From positions 1-51,479 of the IMG/VR virus record IMGVR_UViG_3300045988_007046: 51,479 bases of DNA; one strand, given 5' to 3'. The notes beneath the pieces were generated by a model. The model was given only the letters and a program-made list of their open reading frames with translations, was not told where the DNA came from and searched no databases. The translations under genes and the position numbers were made by a program. Below are positions 15,660 through 22,945 of this stretch, one piece after another. Source of the DNA: a virus. Lineage: Duplodnaviria; Heunggongvirae; Uroviricota; Caudoviricetes. Each line of letters opens with the position of its first letter. Position 1 is the first letter of the stretch.

Positions 15660-15750
15660 GGTAGGTAGCGGCTAATGGTAGCCAAACTGTCTTGAAAACA
15701 GTTGCCACTGTAGAGATACGGTGAGGGTTCGACTCCTTTACTTACCGCCT
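15660..15750 (+). tRNA. tRNA-Ser (anticodon TGA), long variable arm
   Basis: Acceptor GGTAGGT/ACTTACC, anticodon arm ACTGT-CTTGAAA-ACAGT, long variable arm, T-arm GAGGG-TTCGACT-CCTTT; 3' CCA only partly encoded. Confidence 0.65.
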
Positions 15751-15900
15751 AATAAGATTTACACCGTCCATGCTTGCTCGCATTTTCGGTTTATCCCTCG
15801 TGTATTGTCGTACACTGATAAAGCACCTAGTAGGTGTCACGGAGAAGAGATAATATCAAGCTCTCCAAAGGTTCTAGTCACCGGATTAAACAAGACTATG

Positions 15901-15925
15901 CAAAGACCTATTTAGGTCTTTTTAG
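15901..15925 (+). terminator. terminator-like hairpin inside the tRNA array
   Basis: AAAGACC-TATTT-AGGTCTTT followed by TTTTA. Confidence 0.4.
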
Positions 15926-16003
15926 AGGGCTTCTAAGGTTATTAGTCGCTTGTTGTGGAACCTTGTTGCTCAGGTTCTTAGAAGTTCTCTAAAAAGATTT
16001 AAT

Positions 16004-16082
16004 GGGAGATTGACGGCAACTTGGTAGACCTATCTCGCTTAGAACGAGATGCTTGAGGGTTCGAATCCCTTGTCTCCTACCA
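16004..16082 (+). tRNA. tRNA with Leu anticodon TAG but short variable arm (atypical)
   Basis: Acceptor GGGAGAT/GTCTCCT, Leu-like D-loop CAACTTGGTAGAC, anticodon arm ATCTCG-CTTAGAA-CGAGAT, only ~4-nt variable region, T-arm GAGGG-TTCGAAT-CCCTT, A73, CCA encoded. Confidence 0.5.
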
Positions 16083-16089
16083 AATTAAT

Positions 16090-16165
16090 GCAGGTGTAGC
16101 AAAATGGTTATGCGGCTGACTCTTAATCAGTAAGACGATGGGTTCAATTCCCTCCACCTGTACCA
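16090..16165 (+). tRNA. tRNA-Lys (anticodon CTT)
   Basis: Acceptor GCAGGTG/CACCTGT, anticodon arm GCTGA-CTCTTAA-TCAGT, T-region ATGGG-TTCAATT-CCCTC (same pattern as Lys-TTT), CCA encoded. Confidence 0.65.
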
Positions 16166-16171
16166 GACATT

Positions 16172-16247
16172 GGGGATGTAGTTTACATGGTTAAAACATA
16201 AGTTTTGCAAACTTAAGTACAGGGTTCAATTCCCTGCTTCTCCACCA
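16172..16247 (+). tRNA. tRNA-Ala (anticodon TGC)
   Basis: G3-U70 pair present; D-arm GTTT/AAAC, anticodon arm TAAGT-TTTGCAA-ACTTA, T-arm CAGGG-TTCAATT-CCCTG, CCA encoded. Confidence 0.75.
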
Positions 16248-16253
16248 ATTAGT

Positions 16254-16328
16254 GCATCCATAGTTTAAACGGGAAAATTACAGTCTTCCAAACTGAGGTT
16301 GAGGGTTCGATTCCCTCTGGATGCTCCA
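16254..16328 (+). tRNA. tRNA-Gly (anticodon TCC)
   Basis: Exact acceptor GCATCCA/TGGATGC, anticodon loop CTTCCAA, T-arm GAGGG-TTCGATT-CCCTC, CCA encoded. Confidence 0.7.
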
Positions 16329-16335
16329 AATTAAT

Positions 16336-16411
16336 GCTCCTATCGTATAATTGGCTATTACGGTTGCCTTGTAAGCAACTTATCAGGGTTCGAATCCTTG
16401 TGGGAGCACCA
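16336..16411 (+). tRNA. tRNA-Thr (anticodon TGT)
   Basis: Acceptor GCTCCTA/TGGGAGC, anticodon arm GTTGC-CTTGTAA-GCAAC, T-arm CAGGG-TTCGAAT-CCTTG, CCA encoded. Confidence 0.75.
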
Positions 16412-16414
16412 ATT

Positions 16415-16502
16415 CAGAGGTCAAGTGAAAGACCGCTGGTGTCAACTGAAGACCGTAACAAATTCCACGGAGTTGAGTTAGCGGCACAACTTCAGACCTC
16501 TT
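16415..16502 (+). ncRNA. structured spacer element E5 (AGAGGTC...GACCTCT closing helix, internal GAAGACC motifs)
   Basis: CAGAGGTC at 16415-16422 pairs with GACCTCT at 16496-16502; interior has GAAAGACCG and TGAAGACCG plus CCGCT/AGCGG complementarity. Confidence 0.3.
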
Positions 16503-16506
16503 TCAT

Positions 16507-16581
16507 GCTCGCTTAGTTTATATGGTAAAACATCACCCTTACAAGATGAAGAAAAAGGTTCAAGTCCTTTAGTGAGTACCA
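16507..16581 (+). tRNA. tRNA-Val (anticodon TAC)
   Basis: Acceptor GCTCGCT/AGTGAGT (with G-U pairs), D-arm GTTT/AAAC, anticodon loop CTTACAA, T-arm AAAGG-TTCAAGT-CCTTT, CCA encoded. Confidence 0.65.
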
Positions 16582-16582
16582 T

Positions 16583-16660
16583 GTTCCAGTATCCCAATTG
16601 GCAGAGGATGCAAGCTCAAACCTTGTATTAGTGACGGTTCGAATCCGTCTTGGAACACCA
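16583..16660 (+). tRNA. tRNA with Leu anticodon CAA but short variable arm (atypical)
   Basis: Acceptor GTTCCAG/TTGGAAC, D-loop CCAATTGGCAGAG, anticodon arm GCAAG-CTCAAAC-CTTGT, short variable region, T-arm GACGG-TTCGAAT-CCGTC, A73, CCA encoded. Confidence 0.5.
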
Positions 16661-16665
16661 ATTTT

Positions 16666-16741
16666 GCAGGATTAGTTCAAATGGATAGAGCAACAGTCTA
16701 CGAAGCTGTTAATAGGGGTTCGAATCCCTTATCCTGCGCCA
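16666..16741 (+). tRNA. tRNA-Arg (anticodon ACG)
   Basis: Exact acceptor GCAGGAT/ATCCTGC, anticodon arm ACAGT-CTACGAA-GCTGT, T-arm AGGGG-TTCGAAT-CCCTT, CCA encoded. Confidence 0.7.
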
Positions 16742-16758
16742 GATAAAAAGGTGATACT

Positions 16759-17001
16759 ATGCAAACATTAACAGTAGTTGAACATGAAAACTGTGAGAAT
16801 ATTGAGTTTGTCAGGGTCATTGGTGTTGAACACCACATTTTCTTAAAAGTAGGGTACTTATGTGACCCCGCTAGAGTAGAAAGATTTATACGTGATTGTT
16901 TTGGTGGTAGACAGCTAAAGAGTGTTATTTTTGAGACAGTTTTACCAGAAGGTTTAGAAACGAATAATAACATTTATCTCCTTACAAGGATTAGACGATG
17001 A
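16759..17001 (+). CDS. hypothetical protein embedded in the tRNA array
   Basis: 80-aa ORF starting 18 nt after tRNA-Arg; 4-nt overlap with the next ORF. Confidence 0.4.
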   Translation: MQTLTVVEHENCENIEFVRVIGVEHHIFLKVGYLCDPARVERFIRDCFGGRQLKSVIFETVLPEGLETNNNIYLLTRIRR

Positions 17002-17555
17002 GATATTTAAAATATGCTTCATGGATTTTCCTAGCTTTGCTAGAACCATTAGCAGCAACCTTAGCAGTTATCTTAGCACCTTTCGTAGTTCCATTTTACA
17101 GTGAGAAGAAAGGCCACTTACCTTTCGGATTTAGATGGATGGAGACATATGACAACCCAATTGATGGTGACGAAGGTCATATCGAACGATGGGCTAAGAT
17201 TAGAAAGATTGGTAAGCTGGGTGTCTACATGCAGAGAGTCGGATGGCTCTGGAGAAACAAAGCTTATAACTTCTCTTACCATGTATTAGGAAGAGATGTA
17301 AAAGATGTTACTAAGTGGAAAGGTAATATCAACGTAAGTTCTGACCCTGAAGATAATCAGACAGGTTATCTCCTAATGTGGAACAGTAATGCTTGGGGAT
17401 TATTCGCTTTTATCCCATCAATTAAAGTCTTTGGTAAACAGTTTTACTGGAGAATTTATATTGGATGGAAACTAAAAAGTGTTGTCCCAGAAGAAAGAGC
17501 ATTCTCAAGGGAAAGAGTTATGTTGGCATTCTTTATTCATCCACTGAGAAAGTAA
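16998..17555 (+). CDS. hypothetical membrane protein embedded in the tRNA array
   Basis: 185 aa; N-terminal hydrophobic segment WIFLALLEPLAATLAVILAPFVV; Trp-rich. Confidence 0.5.
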   Translation: MRYLKYASWIFLALLEPLAATLAVILAPFVVPFYSEKKGHLPFGFRWMETYDNPIDGDEGHIERWAKIRKIGKLGVYMQRVGWLWRNKAYNFSYHVLGRDVKDVTKWKGNINVSSDPEDNQTGYLLMWNSNAWGLFAFIPSIKVFGKQFYWRIYIGWKLKSVVPEERAFSRERVMLAFFIHPLRK

Positions 17556-17563
17556 AGATTTAA

Positions 17564-17639
17564 AGGGGATTAGTTTACAAGGTTAAAACCTCGGTCTTTG
17601 AAATCGAAGAAGTTGGTTCAATTCCAACATCCCCCGCCA
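17564..17639 (+). tRNA. tRNA-Gln (anticodon TTG)
   Basis: Acceptor AGGGGAT/ATCCCCC (weak 1-72 pair), D-arm GTTT/AAAC, anticodon arm TCGGT-CTTTGAA-ATCGA, T-arm GTTGG-TTCAATT-CCAAC, CCA encoded. Confidence 0.65.
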
Positions 17640-17641
17640 AT

Positions 17642-17720
17642 GCTCCATTACTCCAATTGGCAGAGAGGCCAGACTTAAAATCTGTGTTATGTATCGGTTC
17701 GAATCCGATATGGAGTACCA
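17642..17720 (+). tRNA. tRNA with Leu anticodon TAA but short variable arm (atypical)
   Basis: Acceptor GCTCCAT/ATGGAGT, D-loop CCAATTGGCAGAG (shared with 16583-16660), anticodon loop CTTAAAA, ~7-nt variable region, T-arm ATCGG-TTCGAAT-CCGAT, A73, CCA encoded. Confidence 0.5.
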
Positions 17721-17725
17721 AATTT

Positions 17726-17801
17726 AGCGGTATAGCATAACTGGCAATGCAACAGTCTCTGAAGCTGTCCTATTAAGGTTCAAATCCTTATGCCGCTGCC
17801 A
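17726..17801 (+). tRNA. tRNA-Gln (anticodon CTG)
   Basis: Acceptor AGCGGTA/TGCCGCT, D-arm GCAT/ATGC, anticodon arm ACAGT-CTCTGAA-GCTGT, T-arm TAAGG-TTCAAAT-CCTTA, CCA encoded. Confidence 0.7.
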
Positions 17802-17802
17802 C

Positions 17803-17830
17803 TTCTAAGGGTTCTTACGAGAGTCCTTAA
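17803..17830 (+). promoter_or_regulatory. spacer hairpin carrying the GTTCTTACGAG motif
   Basis: CTAAGG-GTTCTTACGAGAGT-CCTTAA; same loop motif as the hairpin at 14445-14478. Confidence 0.4.
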
Positions 17831-17832
17831 AT

Positions 17833-17908
17833 GTGGCCTTATCATAAATGGTAATGACCCATGCTGTGAACATGGTCTATACGGGTTCAAATCCCGTAGG
17901 TCACCCCA
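17833..17908 (+). tRNA. tRNA-His (anticodon GTG)
   Basis: Acceptor GTGGCCT/AGGTCAC, D-arm TCAT/ATGA, anticodon arm CCATG-CTGTGAA-CATGG, T-arm ACGGG-TTCAAAT-CCCGT, CCA encoded. Confidence 0.75.
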
Positions 17909-17913
17909 ATTTA

Positions 17914-17990
17914 TAGTCCAAGTAGCTTATATGGTTAAAGCGCGTGTCTGAAAAACATGAGAAGAGGGTTCAAATCCCACTGGACTACCA
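17914..17990 (+). tRNA. tRNA-Phe (anticodon GAA)
   Basis: Exact acceptor TAGTCCA/TGGACTA, anticodon arm CGTGT-CTGAAAA-ACATG, T-loop TTCAAAT; 3' CCA not cleanly encoded. Confidence 0.6.
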
Positions 17991-18006
17991 ATTTCAAAGG
18001 TGCTTA

Positions 18007-18741
18007 ATGAAAGAGATGACAGAACAAGGTAAGGAGATTTTTAATCTCTTAAAAACCGGTAAAGGGTTTTCTAACCCACTTATTACTGGTGCAGCAGTTC
18101 TCGGTGGAACCGTAGCTGCCTCTACATCACTTGTAAGCTCTATTAGTTCTGTAACAGACCCTACAATGCAGGAGAAACTTGTTGCTGCTGGACTTACAAC
18201 AGTCCTTCTAAACAGCTTTACAACAAGCCTTACAAGCACTACAGCAACTACTAAGACCCTGACAGACTACGGTCAAAAGTCTATTGATGAGTTTTCATCA
18301 CGTATGCAGGTAGCAAAGGGATATTCCAATGTTATGAGTGCAGCAGGAGAACAAGTTGGTTGTACACCGTTCAGTGGTATTATGGGTGTTGCTACAGAAT
18401 ATGGTCAAAAAGCTATTGATACAATTAACAGTACACTAGAGAGTGTTAACGATGTATTAAGTGACTTACAAGACGCTATTGATGAGGGTCTTGATACTAT
18501 TTCTGATTTAGCTAATCAGGCTGTTAGTAAGATTAATGAAGGTATTTCAAAGATTACAGCTTATGCAGATGAAGTTGTGCAGATGATTGAAGAAGAAGCT
18601 GCCCTTATTGCAGAGTACCTTAAAACGAATATCAATGGGTTCTTAGCAGGTATCTTACCAGACTGGTTTGACGATGCCTGTAAAACTGGTGTAATTGACA
18701 CTATTGCAACACCAGAAATGAAGAACGCATTACAGAAATAA
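18007..18741 (+). CDS. hypothetical Ser/Thr-rich protein embedded in the tRNA array
   Basis: ORF track gives 17944-18741 but that start overlaps tRNA-Phe; first ATG clear of the tRNA is 18007 (MKEMTEQGKE), preceded by AAGGTG; hydrophobic/Ser-Thr-rich N-half, acidic helical C-half. Confidence 0.5.
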   Translation: MKEMTEQGKEIFNLLKTGKGFSNPLITGAAVLGGTVAASTSLVSSISSVTDPTMQEKLVAAGLTTVLLNSFTTSLTSTTATTKTLTDYGQKSIDEFSSRMQVAKGYSNVMSAAGEQVGCTPFSGIMGVATEYGQKAIDTINSTLESVNDVLSDLQDAIDEGLDTISDLANQAVSKINEGISKITAYADEVVQMIEEEAALIAEYLKTNINGFLAGILPDWFDDACKTGVIDTIATPEMKNALQK

Positions 18742-18743
18742 AT

Positions 18744-18836
18744 GGAAGATTAACCCTAAAAGGTAAGGGAGCAGTTTGCTAAACTGCCAGTAGCTGAGAA
18801 ATCGGTGTACCAGTTCAAGTCTGGTATCTTCCTCCA
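18744..18836 (+). tRNA. tRNA-Ser (anticodon GCT), long variable arm
   Basis: Exact acceptor GGAAGAT/ATCTTCC, anticodon arm GCAGT-TTGCTAA-ACTGC, long variable arm, T-arm ACCAG-TTCAAGT-CTGGT, CCA encoded. Confidence 0.75.
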
Positions 18837-18840
18837 ATTT

Positions 18841-18916
18841 GAATCCGTGACAGAAATGGCTATGTGCCTGTCTGCAAAACAGGTTTATAAGGGTTCGAGT
18901 CCCTTCGGATTCTCCA
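18841..18916 (+). tRNA. tRNA-Cys (anticodon GCA)
   Basis: Exact acceptor GAATCCG/CGGATTC, anticodon arm CCTGT-CTGCAAA-ACAGG, T-arm AAGGG-TTCGAGT-CCCTT, CCA encoded. Confidence 0.75.
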
Positions 18917-18953
18917 AGTTATTTTACTCTCTCTCAATTAAAATAATAATAAT

Positions 18954-19013
18954 GCCCTGCTATAAGTATTCTTCCTTTCGCTACCGAAGAGTATTTTTAG
19001 ACAGGGCTTTTTT
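18954..19013 (+). terminator. rho-independent terminator closing the tRNA array
   Basis: GCCCTG...CAGGGC outer stem with an inner imperfect hairpin, followed by TTTTTT at 19008-19013. Confidence 0.5.
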
Positions 19014-19078
19014 ACAGAGTTATACTTTATAAGAAGGCTTATACAGTATGTCTCTGACGTACATTGTGGTTTCTCCTT

Positions 19079-19104
19079 GACGGTCTCTGTGCCGTCTTTT
19101 TTAA
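19079..19104 (+). terminator. rho-independent terminator
   Basis: GACGG-TCTCTGTG-CCGTC hairpin followed by TTTTTT. Confidence 0.6.
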
Positions 19105-19138
19105 GGAGAAACATGGTTAATTATTTGGAGAAAACATA

Positions 19139-19339
19139 ATGAGTGAGACCGTTTATAAAGAACTTTATGAAGCTAACAAAAAGCTAGAATTTATGCAGAA
19201 TACTATCATGGCAATTGCAGACAGATTGTCTGTAGCAACAGGTATTGATATTAAAGAAGCATCTATGGATGCACTTCTTGATGCTGTTGATGCAAAGTTC
19301 GAAGTTAAGAAAGAAGAGACTGCTACAGACTCTGAATAA
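19139..19339 (+). CDS. hypothetical small acidic protein (possible small terminase or packaging accessory)
   Basis: 66-aa ORF directly upstream of the large terminase, with GGAGAAAACATA upstream of its ATG; function is inferred from position only. Confidence 0.4.
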   Translation: MSETVYKELYEANKKLEFMQNTIMAIADRLSVATGIDIKEASMDALLDAVDAKFEVKKEETATDSE

Positions 19340-19360
19340 TTCTATTTGCGGAGGTGCTTA

Positions 19361-20962
19361 ATGGACTTAAATGCTGTTAAGCAGAAGCGAGTGGAAGATG
19401 TTAGGAAAGTCCTAGCTGGAGAGTTGGGGCTTTCTGATGAAGTAAAAGAAATTATTAAATCATTCGGTAAAGACCCCTCTAAATTCCTTCCAACTCAAAT
19501 TCTGACTTTATTAAGATACACACCAGACCAAGTTCGCCTTATCTTTAAATTGATGACTGATAAGAACTATGTAGCCCCTCAGCCGGGTTCTCAAGAGGTC
19601 TTTTTAAATACTAATGCTGACTTGGTACTCTATGGTGGTGCTGCTGGTGCTGGTAAGACTGCCGCATTGTTAATGGACTCTTTAAGATTTATTGAAGACC
19701 CTAACTATAATGCTGTATATTTCCGTCGAAATACAACACAGTTACAAGGTGGTTTATGGCCTGCTGCAAAGAAACTATTTGGTAAGTTTGGTGGGATTCC
19801 TCACGAGCAGAAAATGACTATCACATTCCCTTCTGGGGCAACTATCAAGTTTACCTACCTAGAACTTGAAAAGCACGCTGAAGGTCATCAGGGTATTGAA
19901 TACTCAGCTATTTACTTTGACGAAGGTACACACTTCTCTGCTTCACAGATTTCATACCTACAAACCCGTCTACGTTCTGGTGCTGAAGGTGATTCATACA
20001 TGAAGATTTCTATGAACCCAGACAGAGACCACTTTATTTACGATTGGGTAGAACCTTTCTTAGATGAAGAAGGTTATCCAGACCCTGAAAAGTGTGGTCG
20101 TATTCGTTGGTATGTAATGAATGATGGTGTGATGGTTTCTGATTGGGAGAGAGACAAGATTCTTGAAATGTTCCCTCTTGAGATTCCTCAAACATACACC
20201 TTCATCTCTGGTACAATTGATGATAACCCAATTCTTGACTTCTTAGAACCTAAGTACCGTGGTAAGTTGGAAAACAACACTCCTGTAAACGTTGCAAGAC
20301 TTCGTTTCGGTAACTGGAAGGCTCGTGCAGAAGGTTCAAATTATTGGCAAAGACAATGGTGTGAAATTGTTGATTCACTCCCAGAAGATGTATTTGATGT
20401 TAGAGCATGGGACTTAGCAGCAACTTTACCATCTGAGATTAACCCTAATCCAGACTGGACAGCAGGTGTTAAGATGGGTAAATCTAAAAAAGACGGTTGC
20501 TATTATATCATTGATGTAGTAAGATTTAGAGATAGACCCTCTGGAGTCGAAACACAAATTAATTTGACTGCTGAAAGTGACGGTAAGCGAACTGGTATTT
20601 TTATCCCTCAAGACCCAGGCGCTGCTGGTAAATCCTACGCAACATCCCTCATCAGGAAACTTGCCGAGAAAGGTTATCGAGCAAGAGCCAAACCAACAAA
20701 TAAAGATAAAGTTACCCGCTTTGCGGGATTTTCTGCTGCTTCTGAAGCTGGACTTGTAAAAGTCTTGAGAGGTAGTTGGAATGAAGCTTACTTTCAAGAA
20801 CTTGAAGGCTTTTGTGGTGACGGTAAAACTAAAGATGACCAAGTGGATGCTACCAGTGATGCTTTCAACAGTCTTAACGAAGTTAAATTATTCAAGCCAC
20901 CATCAATGGGTGCTCACACAGATTTAGTGAGAGGAAACCCATATGAGGGGCTTAGACGTTGA
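19361..20962 (+). CDS. terminase large subunit
   Basis: Walker A motif LYGGAAGAGKT; size and position upstream of portal; ORF track start at 19346 is TTG, the ATG at 19361 with upstream GGAGG is preferred. Confidence 0.8.
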   Translation: MDLNAVKQKRVEDVRKVLAGELGLSDEVKEIIKSFGKDPSKFLPTQILTLLRYTPDQVRLIFKLMTDKNYVAPQPGSQEVFLNTNADLVLYGGAAGAGKTAALLMDSLRFIEDPNYNAVYFRRNTTQLQGGLWPAAKKLFGKFGGIPHEQKMTITFPSGATIKFTYLELEKHAEGHQGIEYSAIYFDEGTHFSASQISYLQTRLRSGAEGDSYMKISMNPDRDHFIYDWVEPFLDEEGYPDPEKCGRIRWYVMNDGVMVSDWERDKILEMFPLEIPQTYTFISGTIDDNPILDFLEPKYRGKLENNTPVNVARLRFGNWKARAEGSNYWQRQWCEIVDSLPEDVFDVRAWDLAATLPSEINPNPDWTAGVKMGKSKKDGCYYIIDVVRFRDRPSGVETQINLTAESDGKRTGIFIPQDPGAAGKSYATSLIRKLAEKGYRARAKPTNKDKVTRFAGFSAASEAGLVKVLRGSWNEAYFQELEGFCGDGKTKDDQVDATSDAFNSLNEVKLFKPPSMGAHTDLVRGNPYEGLRR

Positions 20963-20978
20963 TAGCTAGGTGAGAAGA

Positions 20979-22445
20979 ATGGCAGATATTACAGAAACAC
21001 AAGAAAGCTTACCACCATTTAGAATGGGTGAAGTAGGTTCTTTGGGTCTGAAGGTTAAGAATGGAAGAATCTATGAAGAACCTCGTCAGGCACTAAGGTT
21101 CCCTGAAAGTATTAAAACTTTCCAATTAATGATGCGTGACCCTGCTGTAGCAGCATCTGTAAATATTATTAAGATGTTTGTCAGAAAAGTCAACTGGAGA
21201 TTCGTACCTCCAAAGGGAAAAGAGCAAGACCCTAAAATGCTTGAAAGAGCAGACTTCTTTAATTCTTTAATGGATGACATGGAGCATGATTGGGCAGATT
21301 TTATTAATTCTGTAATGTCATTCTGCACTTATGGGTTTTGTGTTAACGAGAAAGTTTATAAGAAGCGACAGGGTAAAAAAGGAAAGTACCAGTCAAAATT
21401 TGATGATGGTCTAATTGGATGGGCTAAATTACCAATCAGAAACCAATCAACACTTGATAAGTGGTATTTTGACGAAGACTTTAGAAAAGTTACTGGTGTT
21501 AGACAGAATCTGAGAAATGTTTCACATATTGCTGGAGCAATTAATCTTGGAGAAAGACCACTAACAAGAAAACTTCCACGAGCTAAATTCATGCTGTTTA
21601 AGTATGATGATGAATATGGAAACCCAGAAGGTCGTTCACCATTACTTAATGCCTATGTACCGTGGAAGTATAAAGTTCAGATTGAAGAGTACGAAGCTGT
21701 TGGTGTTTCAAGAGACTTGGTAGGTATGCCAAAGATTGGTTTACCACCAGATTATCTGGATGAAAATGCAGAACCTGAAAAGAAAGCTTTCGTACAATAC
21801 TGCAAAACTGTTGTTAATGATATGATTGCTAATGACAGAGCAGGTTTAATCTGGCCTAGATATATCGACCCAGATACTAAAGAGGATATTTTTGAGTTCT
21901 CATTAGTCTCTAGACAGGGTGCTAAAGCATATGATACAGGTTCTATCATTGACAGATATTCCAAGCAAATTATGATGGCATTTATGTCAGATGTTCTTGC
22001 TATGGGTCAGTCAAAATATGGTTCATTCTCTCTTGCAGATTCTAAGACAAGCTTATTAGCAATGTCAGTAGATATTTTGCTGAAGCAAATTAAGAACGTA
22101 ATTAACCGTGATTTAGTTGCACAGACTTATGCTCTTAATATGTGGGATGATGAAGAACATGTACAAATCACATATGATGATATCGAAACTCCAGACCTTG
22201 AAGCAATTGGTTCTTATATTCAGAAGACTGTTGCAGTAGGTGCTTTGGAAGTTGACAAAGAGCTATCTAACAAACTTAGAGAGCATATTGGTCTTCCTCC
22301 TGCTGATGAGTCTCAACCAGTATCTGAAAAGCTTTCTCCAAATAGCCAAAGCCGCTCAGGAGATGGTTATAAGACCGCTGGAGAAGGTACTGCAAAGACA
22401 CCTTCAGCGAAAGACCCAAGCACAGCAAATAAGGCAAATAAATAA
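20979..22445 (+). CDS. portal protein
   Basis: About 490-aa ORF immediately after the large terminase with an acidic, Ser-rich C-terminus; ORF track start 20970 is GTG, the ATG at 20979 is preferred; call is positional. Confidence 0.55.
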   Translation: MADITETQESLPPFRMGEVGSLGLKVKNGRIYEEPRQALRFPESIKTFQLMMRDPAVAASVNIIKMFVRKVNWRFVPPKGKEQDPKMLERADFFNSLMDDMEHDWADFINSVMSFCTYGFCVNEKVYKKRQGKKGKYQSKFDDGLIGWAKLPIRNQSTLDKWYFDEDFRKVTGVRQNLRNVSHIAGAINLGERPLTRKLPRAKFMLFKYDDEYGNPEGRSPLLNAYVPWKYKVQIEEYEAVGVSRDLVGMPKIGLPPDYLDENAEPEKKAFVQYCKTVVNDMIANDRAGLIWPRYIDPDTKEDIFEFSLVSRQGAKAYDTGSIIDRYSKQIMMAFMSDVLAMGQSKYGSFSLADSKTSLLAMSVDILLKQIKNVINRDLVAQTYALNMWDDEEHVQITYDDIETPDLEAIGSYIQKTVAVGALEVDKELSNKLREHIGLPPADESQPVSEKLSPNSQSRSGDGYKTAGEGTAKTPSAKDPSTANKANK

Positions 22446-22945
22446 TGGCTGAAGTTATCTCTATTTCAAATGCTACACGAGTGCATTCGTATAGGGGTGT
22501 CCTTATCATTACTGATAAGTTATCTGTAGAGGCTGGCTCAAGGGTCAGCCTTTCAGGTTATGTTAGTGATGGTGGAATCTCTGACGTTTTCACTATTTGC
22601 AGGTTACTTGATGCACCAATGAGTGGAAAACCGTTTATTTCAGGAAATTGTAGTGAAATTGTTAAAATTCCATTTGACAGTTCATGCCTTTTGGGTGTAA
22701 AGTTATATAACTGCGAGAATAAACGTATCAATGTTAATAGCATTGAAGCCGCTTTCATTACCCTCGATACTGCATTTCAATCTCCAATGACAGTTAATAA
22801 AGAAACAAACAGACTTGAATACATTTTTTCACAAAATGATTACAAAGTACTTGTCAAAGGTAAAGTATATGATATGATTGTAAATGTGGTAGATGAATCT
22901 GGTAACCATTCAACAGTCCTTAAACAAAAAGTAAGGTTTAATTAA
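22445..22945 (+). CDS. hypothetical head-module protein
   Basis: 166-aa ORF with overlapping stop/start to portal. Confidence 0.5.
   Translation: MAEVISISNATRVHSYRGVLIITDKLSVEAGSRVSLSGYVSDGGISDVFTICRLLDAPMSGKPFISGNCSEIVKIPFDSSCLLGVKLYNCENKRINVNSIEAAFITLDTAFQSPMTVNKETNRLEYIFSQNDYKVLVKGKVYDMIVNVVDESGNHSTVLKQKVRFN

Noticed and set aside
14005-16973. ORF-track reading frames overlapping tRNA genes (14005-14247 minus, 14546-14803 minus, 15454-15675 plus, 15721-15915 plus, 16334-16516 plus, 16698-16973 minus)
   Set aside because: They run through hand-folded tRNAs and structured spacers, have no ribosome-binding sites and have odd composition; chance ORFs in stop-poor tRNA sequence.
17944-18006. 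Upstream extension of the 18007-18741 ORF to the 17944 start in the ORF track
   Set aside because: The extension overlaps the 3' half of tRNA-Phe; the ATG at 18007 with an AAGGTG upstream is the first start clear of the tRNA.
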